Source of the DNA: SAR202 cluster bacterium
GTDB taxonomy: Bacteria; Chloroflexota; Dehalococcoidia; Lucifugimonadales; UBA3495
Assembly (NCBI GenBank): GCA_013204585.1
Contig: JABMNL010000028.1
Location: 29,669 to 93,668 of the forward strand
Direction of reading: 5' to 3'
Length of the DNA: 64,000 nucleotides
Shown here: positions 43,118 to 51,353 of the stretch, piece after piece
Numbering within the stretch: the stretch's first letter is position 1
Layout of the letters: every line of letters starts with the position of its first letter
Position numbers and translations under genes: made by a program
Notes under the pieces: model-generated
What the model was told of the DNA's origin: nothing
Databases searched by the model: none
The model's input: the letters and a program-made list of their open reading frames with translations, nothing else

Positions 43118-43624
43118 ATGACAACCGAACACACCCACGAACATATCCCGGAAGAAGTCTATGGCATCCTGCCTCCAGAGGGCATCGTCGATTTGACCGA
43201 TTCCTTGACCGGATACATGAACGAAATTGAGCTTGGTGGACTAACCGACATCATGGGCCAGGTTCTTGACGATTTTCTCGACCAATCGGGCAGCATGCCC
43301 GAAGACCTAAAGGTTGGTGACGCCTTCGAGCAAATTACCCACAATCAATTGGCCGTCACCCTTGCCTACCACCTTGGCCGTCTGGAAGGACGGTCACCCC
43401 AGGTAGTCCAAAAAATGATGGACGACGCAATTGAAAAATGGGGCATCTCTGAAGTTGAAGAGTCCGCAGAGATTACCGACCAGGATTTGGAAAGCCCCAA
43501 GATGCAGGTGTACCCGCGCCTAAGACGCATCAACTATACGGAAGCCCCTGAACCTAATGTGGAGCTCGGCTGGGAGATTAAAGGGGAGACCGGCGGGGAG
43601 ACCGGCGGAGAGACTAGCGAATAA
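43118..43624 (+). CDS. Hypothetical acidic protein
   Basis: 168-aa ORF. The C-terminus GETGGETGGETS is encoded by a 12-bp x 3 repeat. No family recognised. Confidence 0.4.
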   Translation: MTTEHTHEHIPEEVYGILPPEGIVDLTDSLTGYMNEIELGGLTDIMGQVLDDFLDQSGSMPEDLKVGDAFEQITHNQLAVTLAYHLGRLEGRSPQVVQKMMDDAIEKWGISEVEESAEITDQDLESPKMQVYPRLRRINYTEAPEPNVELGWEIKGETGGETGGETSE

Positions 43625-43686
43625 ACCGGCGGGGCGGGCGATTCCTCAGCATAGCCATTTCACAAATTTGAATTAGAGAGACGCAA

Positions 43687-44865
43687 ATGACTACCGCACC
43701 CGCTTACGATTTGGTGCTCACCGGAGGAACCCTACTCGACCCGGCCCAAGGCATTCACGACCGCCGCGATATTGCCTTCAAAGGCGGCGTTGTCGCCGAG
43801 GTCGCAACGAGAATCGACACTGCCACGGCACGCATATCGGTCGATGCCACCGGCAAGCTCATCACCCCAGGGCTGATTGACCTGCACGGCCACTTCTACC
43901 ACGGTGGCAACGCATCCGCAGTCCATGCCGACCAGATTTGCCTATCTTCGGGCACTACCACCGGTATTGACGCCGGGAGTGCTGGCTGCCTGAATTACCC
44001 GGCCATGCGCGACTACGTATTTCCCGCCCACCGCACCCGTCTGCTGGCCTTTCTGCACGTCAGCGGAGTCGGCTTGGCCAACAACGCTCTTCTTGGGGGC
44101 GGACTACATGACATGCGCATGATTGATGTTGACCGCACCTCCGACGCCATCAAAGAAAACCCCGGCTTTTGCTTTGGCGTCAAAGTGCGGATGCACACAA
44201 ACGCGGTGGCCGCTTGGAACGCCCACGAGGCCATGAGAGCCGCCAGGGCGGTGGCCGACCAGTCTGGTACACGCCTAATGGTTCACGTCAGCGGCACACC
44301 CATTCCCCTGCCCGACGTGCTGGAATTCCTGGGCCCTGGCGACATTTGCACCCACGCATTTAACGGCAACCCAGAGAATATATTGGACCGGAACTTCAAG
44401 ATTCGTCCAGAAGTCCGCACCGCTGTTGACCGTGGCGTAATCATGGACGTGGCCCACGCCGGAGTCCACTGCGACGTTAAAGTCGCTCAGGCTGCGTTGG
44501 AACAAGGGCTGCCGCCGACCACCATCAGCACCGACATCCACAACCCGCCCCCAGGCCGCACGGTCTATAAGATGAACGACTTGGTCAGCAAGTTCCACGC
44601 CATGGGCATGACCTTGCCCGAAGCTGTTGCCGCCAGCACCAGCGCCCCAGCCAAAATTCTGGGACTGGAAAGCGCCATCGGCTCCCTGGCTCCTGGCATG
44701 TGCGGTGACGCCGCCGTGTTCGATATGCGTGAGGGCAATTTCAAGTGGATGGACATGGCCGGAAACAACCAGGAAGGTAAAGTCCGCTTGGACACCTTCT
44801 TGACCGTCCGTGGCGGCCAAGTAGCCTGGCGGGAAGGTCGCCTATTAGAAATGGGCGAGTGCTAG
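43687..44865 (+). CDS. Amidohydrolase/deacetylase family metallohydrolase (dihydroorotase-like)
   Basis: N-terminus YDLVLTGGTLLDPAQG...DIAFKGGVVAEV and the metal motif DLHGHFYHGG. Confidence 0.75.
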   Translation: MTTAPAYDLVLTGGTLLDPAQGIHDRRDIAFKGGVVAEVATRIDTATARISVDATGKLITPGLIDLHGHFYHGGNASAVHADQICLSSGTTTGIDAGSAGCLNYPAMRDYVFPAHRTRLLAFLHVSGVGLANNALLGGGLHDMRMIDVDRTSDAIKENPGFCFGVKVRMHTNAVAAWNAHEAMRAARAVADQSGTRLMVHVSGTPIPLPDVLEFLGPGDICTHAFNGNPENILDRNFKIRPEVRTAVDRGVIMDVAHAGVHCDVKVAQAALEQGLPPTTISTDIHNPPPGRTVYKMNDLVSKFHAMGMTLPEAVAASTSAPAKILGLESAIGSLAPGMCGDAAVFDMREGNFKWMDMAGNNQEGKVRLDTFLTVRGGQVAWREGRLLEMGEC

Positions 44866-44969
44866 ACTGCCCAACGGCTTAGCTGCGTTTTCATATTAGT
44901 CCGTTTGCATTCCTTAACTTGAAGCAAACGGTCCTTCGACAGGCTCAGGATGAGCGGTGGGGGACGGTC

Positions 44970-45545
44970 CTACTCCAGAGCGACCATAACTGTAACCGTA
45001 GTCTCGTCGTCCAGTCTGAATTCAAACTCTACCAGCCCTGTTGCGGGTAAATCCGACCGGTCAACGGTGACCATGGTCATGGGCGCAAATAGGTAGGGAT
45101 AGGCCCGACCTTGGGCGTCTTCCTCAAGCTCTAATTGCACCACGACCCGGTTGCCCTCAATCTCCATCTCGACCACGGTTAGCGGGTCGCCCTGGACGGG
45201 AAGCCACATCAGATAGACCGCCAGGACCACCGAACCGGGAAACTCAGCGCGGCTGAGAGTGGCGCTGGTGCCATTGGTGCGTTTGCTAACCACGGCGCGG
45301 TTGAATTCGGCCATCTCTGCAGCGCTGGTTATCACCGCCGCCCTAAGTTCCCTTGAGAACGCATTAGAACCCTGAATATCCGATGGAGACACCCAGCCGC
45401 TGTTCACGTAACGCCACAGTGGAAGACTGGCAGGCACGTCTGCGCTAACACTATCTTTGGTCGGCGTCACCGTGCCGCCGCCACAGGCAGCCACGAGGAA
45501 CGTGACTAGCAAGACAGTCAGGATAGCTGGGTAGATGGTTCGCAT
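44970..45545 (-). CDS. Hypothetical lipoprotein
   Basis: Signal peptide plus lipobox FLVAACGGG. 191 aa, no family recognised. Confidence 0.5.
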   Translation of the reverse strand: MRTIYPAILTVLLVTFLVAACGGGTVTPTKDSVSADVPASLPLWRYVNSGWVSPSDIQGSNAFSRELRAAVITSAAEMAEFNRAVVSKRTNGTSATLSRAEFPGSVVLAVYLMWLPVQGDPLTVVEMEIEGNRVVVQLELEEDAQGRAYPYLFAPMTMVTVDRSDLPATGLVEFEFRLDDETTVTVMVALE

Positions 45546-45748
45546 TCGCCCTTCTTGAGGCTGATGTTCAAAGCCGTGGATTCCGGGAAATACTGGCTTA
45601 CAACCAGATAATCCCTAGCTATGTATGGTATCAAAGTTAGGGTTTTCAGCACCCACCTACCGCGCCGGGGAATGCCGGGTATTCGAAATACTTGTAGCCC
45701 GAATTGCCTGCCCTTGTAAATCCAATTATCCACTGTCAAACTAAGGCC

Positions 45749-46687
45749 ATGCGCATCGGCGACTTTGAATTACAAGAGCCACTCCCAGAGTTAAAAGACC
45801 CCCACGTACTGGCGGTTCTCCGGCCGTGGATTGACGTGGGAAACGTCGGGACGCTGGCCATGCGGCGATTGGAGCGGCATCTCGAATCCAAAGAGATTGG
45901 TCGGCTGGTGCGTCCTGGCCGTTATTACGACTTCACCCGCTACCGTCCCAAGTCGGTATTAAAACAGGGAGTGCGCGAGTACAACATTCCCTCCACCACC
46001 ATCAGCGCCTGTGTCCGCGAACACGGCCCGGACATCATCACACTGCACCTGCTTGAGCCCCACCTGTATGGCGAGGATTTCACCGACTCGGTGCTGGAAG
46101 TTCTCAAGTATCTCGGGGTTAAGCGTTACTCCATGATTGGAGCAATGTACGACATGGTGCCCCATACCCGCCCGCTCTTGGTTTCAGGAGGGACGGTTGA
46201 CCCCAAAAATGAAGAAGAATACAAGCTGGTCGGCGTGCGCCCCAGCGACTACGAAGGCCCCTCGACAATCACTTACCTGATTTCTAAGACCCTGGAAGAA
46301 ATGGACATCGAGACGCGCATATTCGTGGTCCATCTGCCGCAGTACTTCCAGGTCGAAGAGGACTTCACTGGAACGGCCCGACTAATGGAAGTCTTAACCA
46401 CCATCTACGGGTTGCCGAGTCGCCTGGCTGACCAAGACCGAGGACGACAACAGTACGCTTCGCTCCAAGACGTTGTTGCTGGCACCTCAGAAGTCGCCAA
46501 CTTGCTGGAGCGTCTGGAAGAGCGGTATGACCGGGAGAATCAAGGAGAGAGCGCCTCGTCTACACCGCTTTCCCCGATGGTCGAGCAATTCTTGCACGAC
46601 CTAGACCAAGACCTGGGTTCAAGTAGAGGCGGGGATATCGACTCGGATTCAGACTCGGACTTGGACGACGACCCCGACGACGAATAA
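45749..46687 (+). CDS. PAC2 (proteasome assembly chaperone 2-like) family protein
   Basis: Start at ATG 45749. The pattern PHVLAVLRPWIDVGNVGTLAMRRLERHL resembles PAC2 family N-termini. The C-tail is highly acidic. Confidence 0.5.
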   Translation: MRIGDFELQEPLPELKDPHVLAVLRPWIDVGNVGTLAMRRLERHLESKEIGRLVRPGRYYDFTRYRPKSVLKQGVREYNIPSTTISACVREHGPDIITLHLLEPHLYGEDFTDSVLEVLKYLGVKRYSMIGAMYDMVPHTRPLLVSGGTVDPKNEEEYKLVGVRPSDYEGPSTITYLISKTLEEMDIETRIFVVHLPQYFQVEEDFTGTARLMEVLTTIYGLPSRLADQDRGRQQYASLQDVVAGTSEVANLLERLEERYDRENQGESASSTPLSPMVEQFLHDLDQDLGSSRGGDIDSDSDSDLDDDPDDE

Positions 46688-46745
46688 CCGCCCAACGCCC
46701 TGCTGCTTAACCTCTTCTGGACCTCTTCTGACGCCGGGATTAAAA

Positions 46746-48113
46746 GTGTCCGCCAACCCTTCTTCTTTCCCAAATTCCGCGACCGGTTCCGCATTGAATG
46801 ACCCAGGTATTGACCCGGTCGCGCTGACCCAGCAGTTGGTGCGTTTCGATACCTCAAACCCGCCTGGTAACGAAGGGCCGTGCATCGAGCACATTAAATC
46901 GCTGCTCGACGGCGCTGGCATACCAAACCAGGTGCTAGCCCAATCACCCAATAGGCCCAACCTCATTGCCCGCCTGCCCGGCGACGGCAGCGCTCCCCCA
47001 TTGCTGCTCCAAGGCCACGTAGATGTGGTTCCAGCCGACCCTGCCCTTTGGCAACAACCGCCCTTCGGCGGCGACGTCGTGGACGGTTACCTTTGGGGCC
47101 GCGGTTCGCTGGACATGAAGAGCGGCATTGTCATGATGGTTGCCGCCATGATTCGGGCCAAGGTCCAAGGAATTACTCCCGCTGGCGATATTATCCTAGC
47201 CTTGGTCTGTGACGAAGAGTCAGGAGGAGACCAGGGCGCTCGATTTCTGGTCGAGAACCACCAGGAGCAATTCATCGGGGTCAAATACGCCATTGGTGAG
47301 TTCGGGGGATTCAGCTTCAAGCTGGGCCGCCGCCGGTTCTACCCCATCATGGTCGCAGAGAAACAAGTCTGCCATCTTCGGGCCACGTTCCGGGGCATTG
47401 GCGGCCACGCGTCCCTCGCTCAGCAAAGCAATCCGATGATGGCACTGGGCCAATTCTTGCAGCGGGTGCAATCACGGGACTTGCCCATCCACGTGACGCC
47501 CGAAGCCCGGTTGATGTTCAAGGCCATCAGCCAACACCTACCTCTACCTGTTCGGTACGGTATGGCGGCGTTGCTTAATCCCCGCCTCACAGCCCTCACG
47601 CTGAAACTGTTGGGGGCGAAGGGCCGTACTTTTGGCCCGCTGTTCCGCAACACGGTCACACCCACGGTGGTACGCGGTGGCGAGCAGACCAACGTCGTGC
47701 CTAGCGAGGTATCGGTGGACCTAGACGGTCGGCTGCTCCCTGGTTTCAGCCCAGAGCTGCTGGTCGCAGAGCTAACTGAGATTGCCGAGGCCGGGGCAGA
47801 GATTGAAGTGCTGCGTTACGACCAAGGGTCAGGGCAGCCCGACCTAGGCCTGTTCGACACGCTAGGCGGTATCTTGAAGGACGCCGATCCCGATGGAATA
47901 CCGGTACCCATGCTGATGCCAGCAGCCACCGATGGCAGGATATTTGCGCGTTTAGGTATCCAAACTTACGGATTTCTGCCAATGATGCTGCCGGACGCGC
48001 TGAATTTCGCCGCAACCATTCACGGTCCAAATGAGCGTGTCCCGGTTGACGCAATCAACTTTGGAGCGGCCGCTTTTTATGCTTTATTGCAGCGTTACGG
48101 ACGCAGGGCGTAG
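46746..48113 (+). CDS. M20 family metallopeptidase (ArgE/DapE/CPG2-like)
   Basis: Motifs LLLQGHVDVVPA, WGRGSLDMKSG and CDEESGG. GTG start. Confidence 0.8.
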   Translation: MSANPSSFPNSATGSALNDPGIDPVALTQQLVRFDTSNPPGNEGPCIEHIKSLLDGAGIPNQVLAQSPNRPNLIARLPGDGSAPPLLLQGHVDVVPADPALWQQPPFGGDVVDGYLWGRGSLDMKSGIVMMVAAMIRAKVQGITPAGDIILALVCDEESGGDQGARFLVENHQEQFIGVKYAIGEFGGFSFKLGRRRFYPIMVAEKQVCHLRATFRGIGGHASLAQQSNPMMALGQFLQRVQSRDLPIHVTPEARLMFKAISQHLPLPVRYGMAALLNPRLTALTLKLLGAKGRTFGPLFRNTVTPTVVRGGEQTNVVPSEVSVDLDGRLLPGFSPELLVAELTEIAEAGAEIEVLRYDQGSGQPDLGLFDTLGGILKDADPDGIPVPMLMPAATDGRIFARLGIQTYGFLPMMLPDALNFAATIHGPNERVPVDAINFGAAAFYALLQRYGRRA

Positions 48114-48139
48114 GCAGGCGGGCAAACGTTGATTTTTGT

Positions 48140-48168
48140 TTGACGTCACAGGGGGGGTATGCTATCGT
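48140..48168 (+). promoter_or_regulatory. Candidate promoter of the infC-rpmI-rplT operon
   Basis: TTGACG, 17 nt spacer, TATCGT with TGC (extended -10 TGn) immediately upstream. Motif match only. Confidence 0.4.
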
Positions 48169-48222
48169 GAATTCACCTATCTTTCCCGTAAATGGCGAGG
48201 ATTTTATCGGAGGTAGCAGAGC

Positions 48223-48822
48223 ATAGCTAGACAATATCGAGTCAACGAGCGCATTAACTGTCCCCAGGTACGAGTCATCGGTGACAACGGGGCCCAGCTC
48301 GGAGTGATGGACGTCGCCCGAGCGCTTCAACTTGCGCGCGAGGGTGAAGTCGACTTGGTTGAAGTGGCTCCCAACTCTGACCCGCCTGTCTGCAGGCTAC
48401 TGGACTACGGAAAACTCCTTTACCTCACATCAAAGAAAGAACGCGAGTCCAAGAAAGGCCAGAGAAGCACCGAGCAGAAAGAGGTGCGTTTTCGGCCAAA
48501 CATCGGGACTCATGACCTCGACGCCAAGACTCGCAAAATTCGTGAGTTCATCAGCGAAGGGTCAAAGGTCAAACTCACAGTCCGTTTCCGCGGTCGTGAG
48601 GCTGCCCACCAGCAATTGGGTCTTGCCGTCTTGAAAAGAGTGGCGGACGAATTAAAAGATCAAGTGCGATTAGAGCGTCCGCCGTCAATGGAAGGTCGGG
48701 CGTTGTCCATGGTGCTGATTCCGGCACTAACGAATGCGGAAAAGAGTGCGGAAGCCGCAGCGGCCGCAGCCTCTGAAGATAAAAAACAGGACCAAGAAGT
48801 ACTGGCAGATGCCAAAACTTAA
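48223..48822 (+). CDS. infC: Translation initiation factor IF-3, non-canonical ATA start
   Basis: The conserved IF-3 N-terminus (RVNERINCPQVRVIGDNGAQLGV) lies upstream of the first GTG/ATG. The frame opens after TAG at 48214-16. The only AUN codon is ATA at 48223, 9 nt after GGAGG. Confidence 0.8.
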   Translation: MARQYRVNERINCPQVRVIGDNGAQLGVMDVARALQLAREGEVDLVEVAPNSDPPVCRLLDYGKLLYLTSKKERESKKGQRSTEQKEVRFRPNIGTHDLDAKTRKIREFISEGSKVKLTVRFRGREAAHQQLGLAVLKRVADELKDQVRLERPPSMEGRALSMVLIPALTNAEKSAEAAAAAASEDKKQDQEVLADAKT

Positions 48823-49006
48823 AACACATAAAGGGGCCAAGGCCCGTATACACATCACCGCCACTGGTAAGTTGCTTCGCCGCAAGCGTATGAGCAGCCA
48901 CCTACGGCGGAAGAAACCCACCAAAGTGACCAGAAAGTTTGCTGATAAACTGGCTGTTTCCAGTTCAGACTACAAGCGCTTGCATAAAATGCTCCCCTAC
49001 GGGTGA
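48809..49006 (+). CDS. rpmI: 50S ribosomal protein L35
   Basis: MPKLKTHKGAKARIHITATGKLLRRK... is the canonical L35 sequence. It overlaps the end of infC. Confidence 0.9.
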   Translation: MPKLKTHKGAKARIHITATGKLLRRKRMSSHLRRKKPTKVTRKFADKLAVSSSDYKRLHKMLPYG

Positions 49007-49035
49007 GCTAGTAATACCATTCCGGAGATTATCCC

Positions 49036-49398
49036 TTGTCTAGAGTAAAACGTGGCGTCACTAAACACGCCCGCCACCAAAAAATCATCAAGGCCGCTAA
49101 AGGCTACACAGGCGCCTCGTCTCGTAACTACAAAACGGCCAAAGAAGCCGTCATGCACGCCTGGGCTTACGCCTACAGGCATCGCCGCGAACGCAAAGGC
49201 GACTTTCGCCGTTTGTGGATTGTTCGCATCGGCGCAGCCTGCCGCGAAGGCGGAACTTCCTACAGCCAGTTCATGCACGGCCTGAAGCTGGCCGGAATAG
49301 AACTGGACCGAAAGATATTGGCCGACTTGGCAGTACAGGACGCCGAAGCTTTCACCAAGCTGATTGGTGTTTCCAACGATCAGTTGGTCGCCGCCTAG
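49036..49398 (+). CDS. rplT: 50S ribosomal protein L20
   Basis: [24 protein letters not shown]... is the canonical L20 sequence. TTG start. Confidence 0.9.
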   Translation: MSRVKRGVTKHARHQKIIKAAKGYTGASSRNYKTAKEAVMHAWAYAYRHRRERKGDFRRLWIVRIGAACREGGTSYSQFMHGLKLAGIELDRKILADLAVQDAEAFTKLIGVSNDQLVAA

Positions 49399-49421
49399 CC
49401 GGAGTCCTAAACGAAGCAAAT

Positions 49422-49457
49422 AAAAACCGGGGTGTGAATTACACCCCGGTTTTTTTG
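49422..49457 (+). terminator. Rho-independent terminator
   Basis: AAAAACCGGGGTGT-GAATT-ACACCCCGGTTTTTTT. Confidence 0.85.
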
Positions 49458-49523
49458 TTGTCCCGTGAACGGACCGGTCAATGCCTAAATTAACCTGACC
49501 ACCGATAATCCTATTTGGCTGTT

Positions 49524-49958
49524 TTACTTCCTTACGAAACCGTAATAAGTGTCGCAGTCCAAGATACGGAGCAACCGTTCTTCGGTTACAACAATCGGCC
49601 GCATGGGGGTGGCCCAGCGTTCGGTCAGTTCGTAATGCAGGTCCGAAAGTGACATAGGCCGATTGTTCCGGGCCAATAGGGTCCGGAAGATGATCTCTTG
49701 CACCGGCATGTCCGACCGGATATAGGAGGCATCGGTCTTGTAGTTCTGGGAAATCTCGCGAATCAGACTCTTCACGTCCCCAAGTTCGTTAACCGGTTTG
49801 GACTTGGACGGGCTGGTGGATGCCAGACGTCCCGCCACCAAATGCACTGGCGACCGCTCCAATTGGTTCAAGCGTTCAGCGCTAATCAAGAACATGGGGT
49901 TCTCGCTTTCCGACTGTTCTTCAGCCAATTCTTCCGTTTGTGGGTCGGGGGTAGTCAT
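49524..49958 (-). CDS. Hypothetical protein translationally coupled to moeA
   Basis: Start chosen at MTTPDPQ (49958), overlapping the moeA stop by 4 nt. Acidic N-terminus, no family recognised. Confidence 0.4.
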   Translation of the reverse strand: MTTPDPQTEELAEEQSESENPMFLISAERLNQLERSPVHLVAGRLASTSPSKSKPVNELGDVKSLIREISQNYKTDASYIRSDMPVQEIIFRTLLARNNRPMSLSDLHYELTERWATPMRPIVVTEERLLRILDCDTYYGFVRK

Positions 49959-51307
49959 ATTTGCACCTCTTCGTTCCAATCCAGCATAATAATCTGCACT
50001 TGGTCGCCCGTGTTCTTGCTTGGCAAGTCCTCGGGACAAATCGCCAAGCCGTTCGCTTTAGACATTGAAGTCAAGATATTGGAGCCCTGAGGCCCCGTCG
50101 GCGTGGCGAGATATTTTCCGTCTCTTAATTCTACTTCTACCCTAGCATATACCCTTCGGCCATCTTCGTTGTAAATCGGGCCGGTAAGAACACCGTCTAC
50201 CATGGGCCGGGGCAATTTCGCTTTGCCGAGCATTGTGCGAATGGCGGGCCTGGCAAACATTTCAAAGGCCACCATTGCGCTCACCGGGTTACCAGGCAGG
50301 CCCATCAGGGGAATGTTCTTCCCGCCCGGTCCGTTCAGATGCCCAAATGCCAACGGTTTGGCTGGGCGCATACGCACCGACCAGAAGTTCATTTCTCCTC
50401 TCTGGTTAAGTACGTCTTTCACGATATCATAATCGCCCTTGGAAACACCTGCCGAGGTGACCACCAGGTCGGCGTCCGCGGCGGCTTCCAATTTGGCGTT
50501 CAGGTCTGCCAGGTTATCCCGGGCAATGCCAAGCAGCTTGGGCACGCCGCCGCTGGCCAACACCGAGGCCGCAACGCTGAAGCTGTTGGAATCATAGATC
50601 TTCCCGCCAGACAGGGCAGTCCCGGTGGTCTCCAATTCGTCCCCGGTCGCCAACACAGCTACCACAGGACGGCGAATCACCTTAACCTTGTCCAAACCCA
50701 GAGAGGCGATTACCCCAACTTCTGCGGCCCGGACGACGGTGCCTTTCTCAAGCACCAAAGCGCCTTTACTTACGTCCTCACCGGCTGGGCGCACATTGCA
50801 CCCCACGGGCATGTCGGCGAAGATCGCCACTTGGTCCAGGGTCTTGCCTTCCCGTTTGCGCTGCACCTCGTCGGTCTCTTCAAAGGGGACCACGGTGTCG
50901 GCGCCATCGGGCACCGGAGCGCCAGTCATAATCCGAATGGCTGTGCCGGCGGCGACTGACTTGTCGGGCATTTGTCCGGCGGCCACAATGCCAATTACGC
51001 TCAAGTTACTCGGGGTCTCCGGGGACGCGCCAATAATGTCGCTGTGACGCAGGGCATACCCGTCCATCCCTGAGTTGGCCAACGGCGGAAGCGCCAGGGG
51101 AGAATGGATGTCCTCGGCCAACACCTGACCTATGCATTCCAGCAGGGGTTTTTCTTCGGCTTCAAGAACCTGGAAGCTGGCCATCACTCGCTCGTAAGCC
51201 TGCTCCACGCTGAGCATGTCCTCATTTCCGTGATTACGGCCATGGCTGTGCGTGCTGGCCGGGGCGTGGTTCCCGCTATCATGATGGCCCTGATTGTGAC
51301 TAGTCAT
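49955..51307 (-). CDS. moeA: Molybdopterin molybdotransferase
   Basis: MLSVEQAYERV...LANSGMDGYALR and the downstream MoeA domains are present. There is a possible 30-aa His-rich N-terminal extension, so the start (51307 or 51217) is uncertain. Confidence 0.85.
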   Translation of the reverse strand: MTSHNQGHHDSGNHAPASTHSHGRNHGNEDMLSVEQAYERVMASFQVLEAEEKPLLECIGQVLAEDIHSPLALPPLANSGMDGYALRHSDIIGASPETPSNLSVIGIVAAGQMPDKSVAAGTAIRIMTGAPVPDGADTVVPFEETDEVQRKREGKTLDQVAIFADMPVGCNVRPAGEDVSKGALVLEKGTVVRAAEVGVIASLGLDKVKVIRRPVVAVLATGDELETTGTALSGGKIYDSNSFSVAASVLASGGVPKLLGIARDNLADLNAKLEAAADADLVVTSAGVSKGDYDIVKDVLNQRGEMNFWSVRMRPAKPLAFGHLNGPGGKNIPLMGLPGNPVSAMVAFEMFARPAIRTMLGKAKLPRPMVDGVLTGPIYNEDGRRVYARVEVELRDGKYLATPTGPQGSNILTSMSKANGLAICPEDLPSKNTGDQVQIIMLDWNEEVQI

Positions 51308-51353
51308 ATCTACTACCGTTTCCGGGTTTCTGCTCTCGAATGGTTCCGGCTGG

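Noticed and set aside
44901-44931. Hairpin CCGTTTGC...GCAAACGG after the amidohydrolase gene as a rho-independent terminator
   Set aside because: The loop is about 15 nt and no T-run follows. It is adjacent to a repeat module and so is more likely part of the repeat family.
45749-48113. PAC2 protein plus M20 peptidase as part of a proteasome/Pup locus
   Set aside because: No proteasome subunits, Pup, Dop/PafA or ARC ATPase are in the window. The adjacency alone is not informative.
50339-50959. 206-aa plus-strand ORF, plus other long antisense ORFs (53823..54389, 44275..44820, 16475..17005, 29506..30060, 34482..34979)
   Set aside because: Each lies fully inside a confidently identified gene on the opposite strand (moeA, pheS, amidohydrolase, pilM-like, SBP, LLM). 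Their translations are low-complexity.
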